A DNA stretch of 32,000 nucleotides, from assembly GCA_046350815.1 (NCBI GenBank), contig JAXLZO010000001.1, positions 810,001-842,000 on the forward strand, in the 5' to 3' direction. The notes beneath the pieces are model-generated. The model saw only the letters and a program-made list of their open reading frames with translations, ran no database searches and was not told where the DNA came from. Both the position numbers and the translations under genes were made by a program. Source of the DNA: Candidatus Saccharimonadota bacterium. Lineage in GTDB: Bacteria > Patescibacteriota > Gracilibacteria > BD1-5 > UBA2023. The stretch's first letter is position 1. Each line of letters begins with the position of its first letter. Below are positions 30,138 to 32,000 of the stretch, in pieces.

Positions 30138-32000
30138 TTACTTTTTTATAGAACTACCCATTTGATTCTGGGTTGTTGTTTGTTGTGCTAACTTCTTTGC
30201 TCTTTCCTCATCTTTCTGAGCTTTGATCTTCTCTTTGTGTGCTTCCTGGTTTTGTTTGAATTTCTTTTCATCATCTGTCACTTTGTTGCCGTAGTCATTG
30301 ATTTTTTTCTCTACAAATTCTCGTGGTTTTGCGTATTTTTCTCGAGAAATAGCACGGATTTTTACTGGGTCTTGCTTTGGTACTGTCAGATGATCATTAA
30401 TCGGAGCAAAGGTTGTTGCGGAGAATACTGGTGATGGCATACCATCAATGAGAAGTTTTGTATAGATATCATATTTTCTCAGATTTTGGAGGTCTTGTGC
30501 GGATATAACATCTTCATCACCCATAACTTCCACCATTTTTGGGGCATCTTCTGGGCCGACTTGAAATGAAATTGTGGATCCTACGTTACCAAATACAGCT
30601 CACTGAACTACCTCAGACATCTGAGATATGTATTGATTTGCCATTACAAGTGAGAGTCGATATTTGCGTGCTTCTGAGAGGATGGTTGCAAAGGAATCAG
30701 TAGCAAAGTTCTGAAATTCGTCTACATAAAGGAAGAAGTCTTTACGATCTTTTTCAGGAATATCAGCACGAGTCATCGCGTCGATCTGGAATTTCGTTAC
30801 CATCATAGATCCGAGAAGAGCGGAAGTATCTTCACCAATACGACCTTTTGAGAGATTGATGATACAGATTTTTTGATTATCCATGATCCATCTGAGGCTG
30901 AATGGATTTTTTGGTTGTCCGAGGATATTGCGCATCAGGGGGCTGGAGAGGAATTGTCCAACCTTGTTGAGAATCGGCCCAGCCGCCTCGACCATTTGAT
31001 TCGGTGCCATAGCTTCATACTCTGAGAGCCAAAACTTTTTGAGGAGAGGATCTTTGACTTTATCGATGATTTTTCTCCTATACGACGCATGAGTGAGAAC
31101 CACGGGGATGGACATAATCGTCTCATCACCAACATCGAGAAGTGATAGTACCGTGTTTCTGAGGATGTGTTCCAGACGTGGTCACCAAGAATCTCAGAAA
31201 ATTCTTTTAAAGACACTCACAAGACCAGATGCTACAATAGGCTGCAGATCTCTATGGACACTCTCAAGCATGTTAAATCCGATAGGATAGTTGAGATCCG
31301 TCGGATCAAAAAGTACCACATCATTTGTTCTACTTTTTGGTATCGAAGCGAGTATCGTTTCGGCAAGATCTCCATGCGGATCAATAAGCCCAACGCCGCG
31401 TCATTTCACAATATCATCATAGATCATGTTCTCGAGGAGTGTTGATTTCCCCATACCTGTTTTTCCGATGATATAGACGTGACGACGACGATCGAGAAGT
31501 GGTGAGCCAAAACTTTTTTGAGTTCCTCGAAAATTGGTTTTTCCAATAGGTGTCAGAGTATCATCGTCTTCTATGAGTGGGAGATTCGCTGGTGGTTCGA
31601 ATTTTTTGGAAGTTACCCAATTGATACCGGGAGTTTTGACGTAGAGTGTAGGTAAATGAACGAGACCTGCTACTTCGGCACTACAAAAATACCATGGATG
31701 AAAATGTTCTCGTTTTGCTACTCGATCACCCGATATGGGTGCTATTTTATCTAAGACAAAGCCATTACGATCAGGAAGATTGAATATATTGAGCGCACCA
31801 ACCATTTCTCTGATATGACTCTTCGCTTGGATAGGATCATTCTCATAACTTACGACTGCGAGTGAGGTATAATAACCAAATCATGCGAGTTTTTGCTTGA
31901 TAGCGAGATCGAGATCCTTGTCTCCTTTATCTCATTCCGTATGACGTGTTTTCACATCCTCTGAGGTGGCAGGAGGACTAAAAATCATTCAAAATCACCG
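30138..32000 (-). CDS. TraD/VirD4-like type IV secretion coupling-protein ATPase (TrwB/TraG-D_C type); N-terminus beyond the right edge
   Basis: Track ORFs 30138-30536, 30600-31115 and 31401-31805 are one frame joined by TGA and open to 32000; TAA 30140-30138. Walker A RHVYIIGKTGMGKSTLL, Walker B FFLYVDEFQNFAT, then RKYRLSLVMANQYISQM..VFGNVGSTISFQVG. Lys/Glu-rich low-complexity C-terminal tail. Confidence 0.75.

Noticed and set aside
31595-31603. GGTTCGAAT, a tRNA T-loop-like motif
   Set aside because: It lies inside the coupling-ATPase coding sequence. No acceptor or anticodon stem complementarity is present around it.
1-32000. Interpreting the fragmented ORFs as pseudogenes or sequencing-error frameshifts, or as UGA=Trp (table 4)
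   Set aside because: Apart from one locus (28499-28564), all interruptions are TGA codons with no frame change. They align to invariant Gly positions (GGVVPE, SGGH, PGGP, LGIDPG), not Trp. TGA alternates with GGA between repeat copies.

Overview
AT-rich bacterial chromosomal segment that is only coherent under translation table 25 (UGA = Gly). This points to a Gracilibacteria/Absconditabacteria-type (CPR/Patescibacteria) genome. The supplied standard-code ORF track breaks almost every gene at in-frame TGA. When same-frame fragments are joined across TGA, the window is densely coding: about 29 CDS, and every complete one ends in TAA or TAG.

Left to right:
- DUF1905 fragment, tyrosine recombinase, and a TPM-domain protein followed by two tandem paralogous membrane proteins.
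- gatB, a TPR protein, an FtsA/PilM-like actin-fold ATPase, a large membrane protein, a bPH membrane protein, tsaD and a DsbA-like oxidoreductase.
- yggT, a SEDS FtsW/RodA protein and ndk.
- On the minus strand, an HD hydrolase and a small membrane protein.
- A WbaP-like sugar-phosphate transferase and a 60-aa acidic-tailed protein.
- A stand-alone SF2 DEAH helicase whose C-terminus is five near-identical 68-72 aa tandem repeats.
- murD (minus strand), an 876-aa protein with a divergent RelA/SpoT-like nucleotidyltransferase core, and murI (minus strand, convergently overlapping it).
- On the minus strand: secD, a CPA1 Na+/H+ antiporter, ruvC, a pilin-leader/FN3/LRR surface protein broken by a compensating frameshift pair, and a TraD/VirD4-like coupling ATPase that runs off the right edge.

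I could not recognise any rRNA, tRNA or CRISPR array. Several intergenic spacers are long perfect palindromes that act as terminators. All coordinates and translations were derived by hand from the sequence. Family assignments rest on motif recognition, not on database searches.
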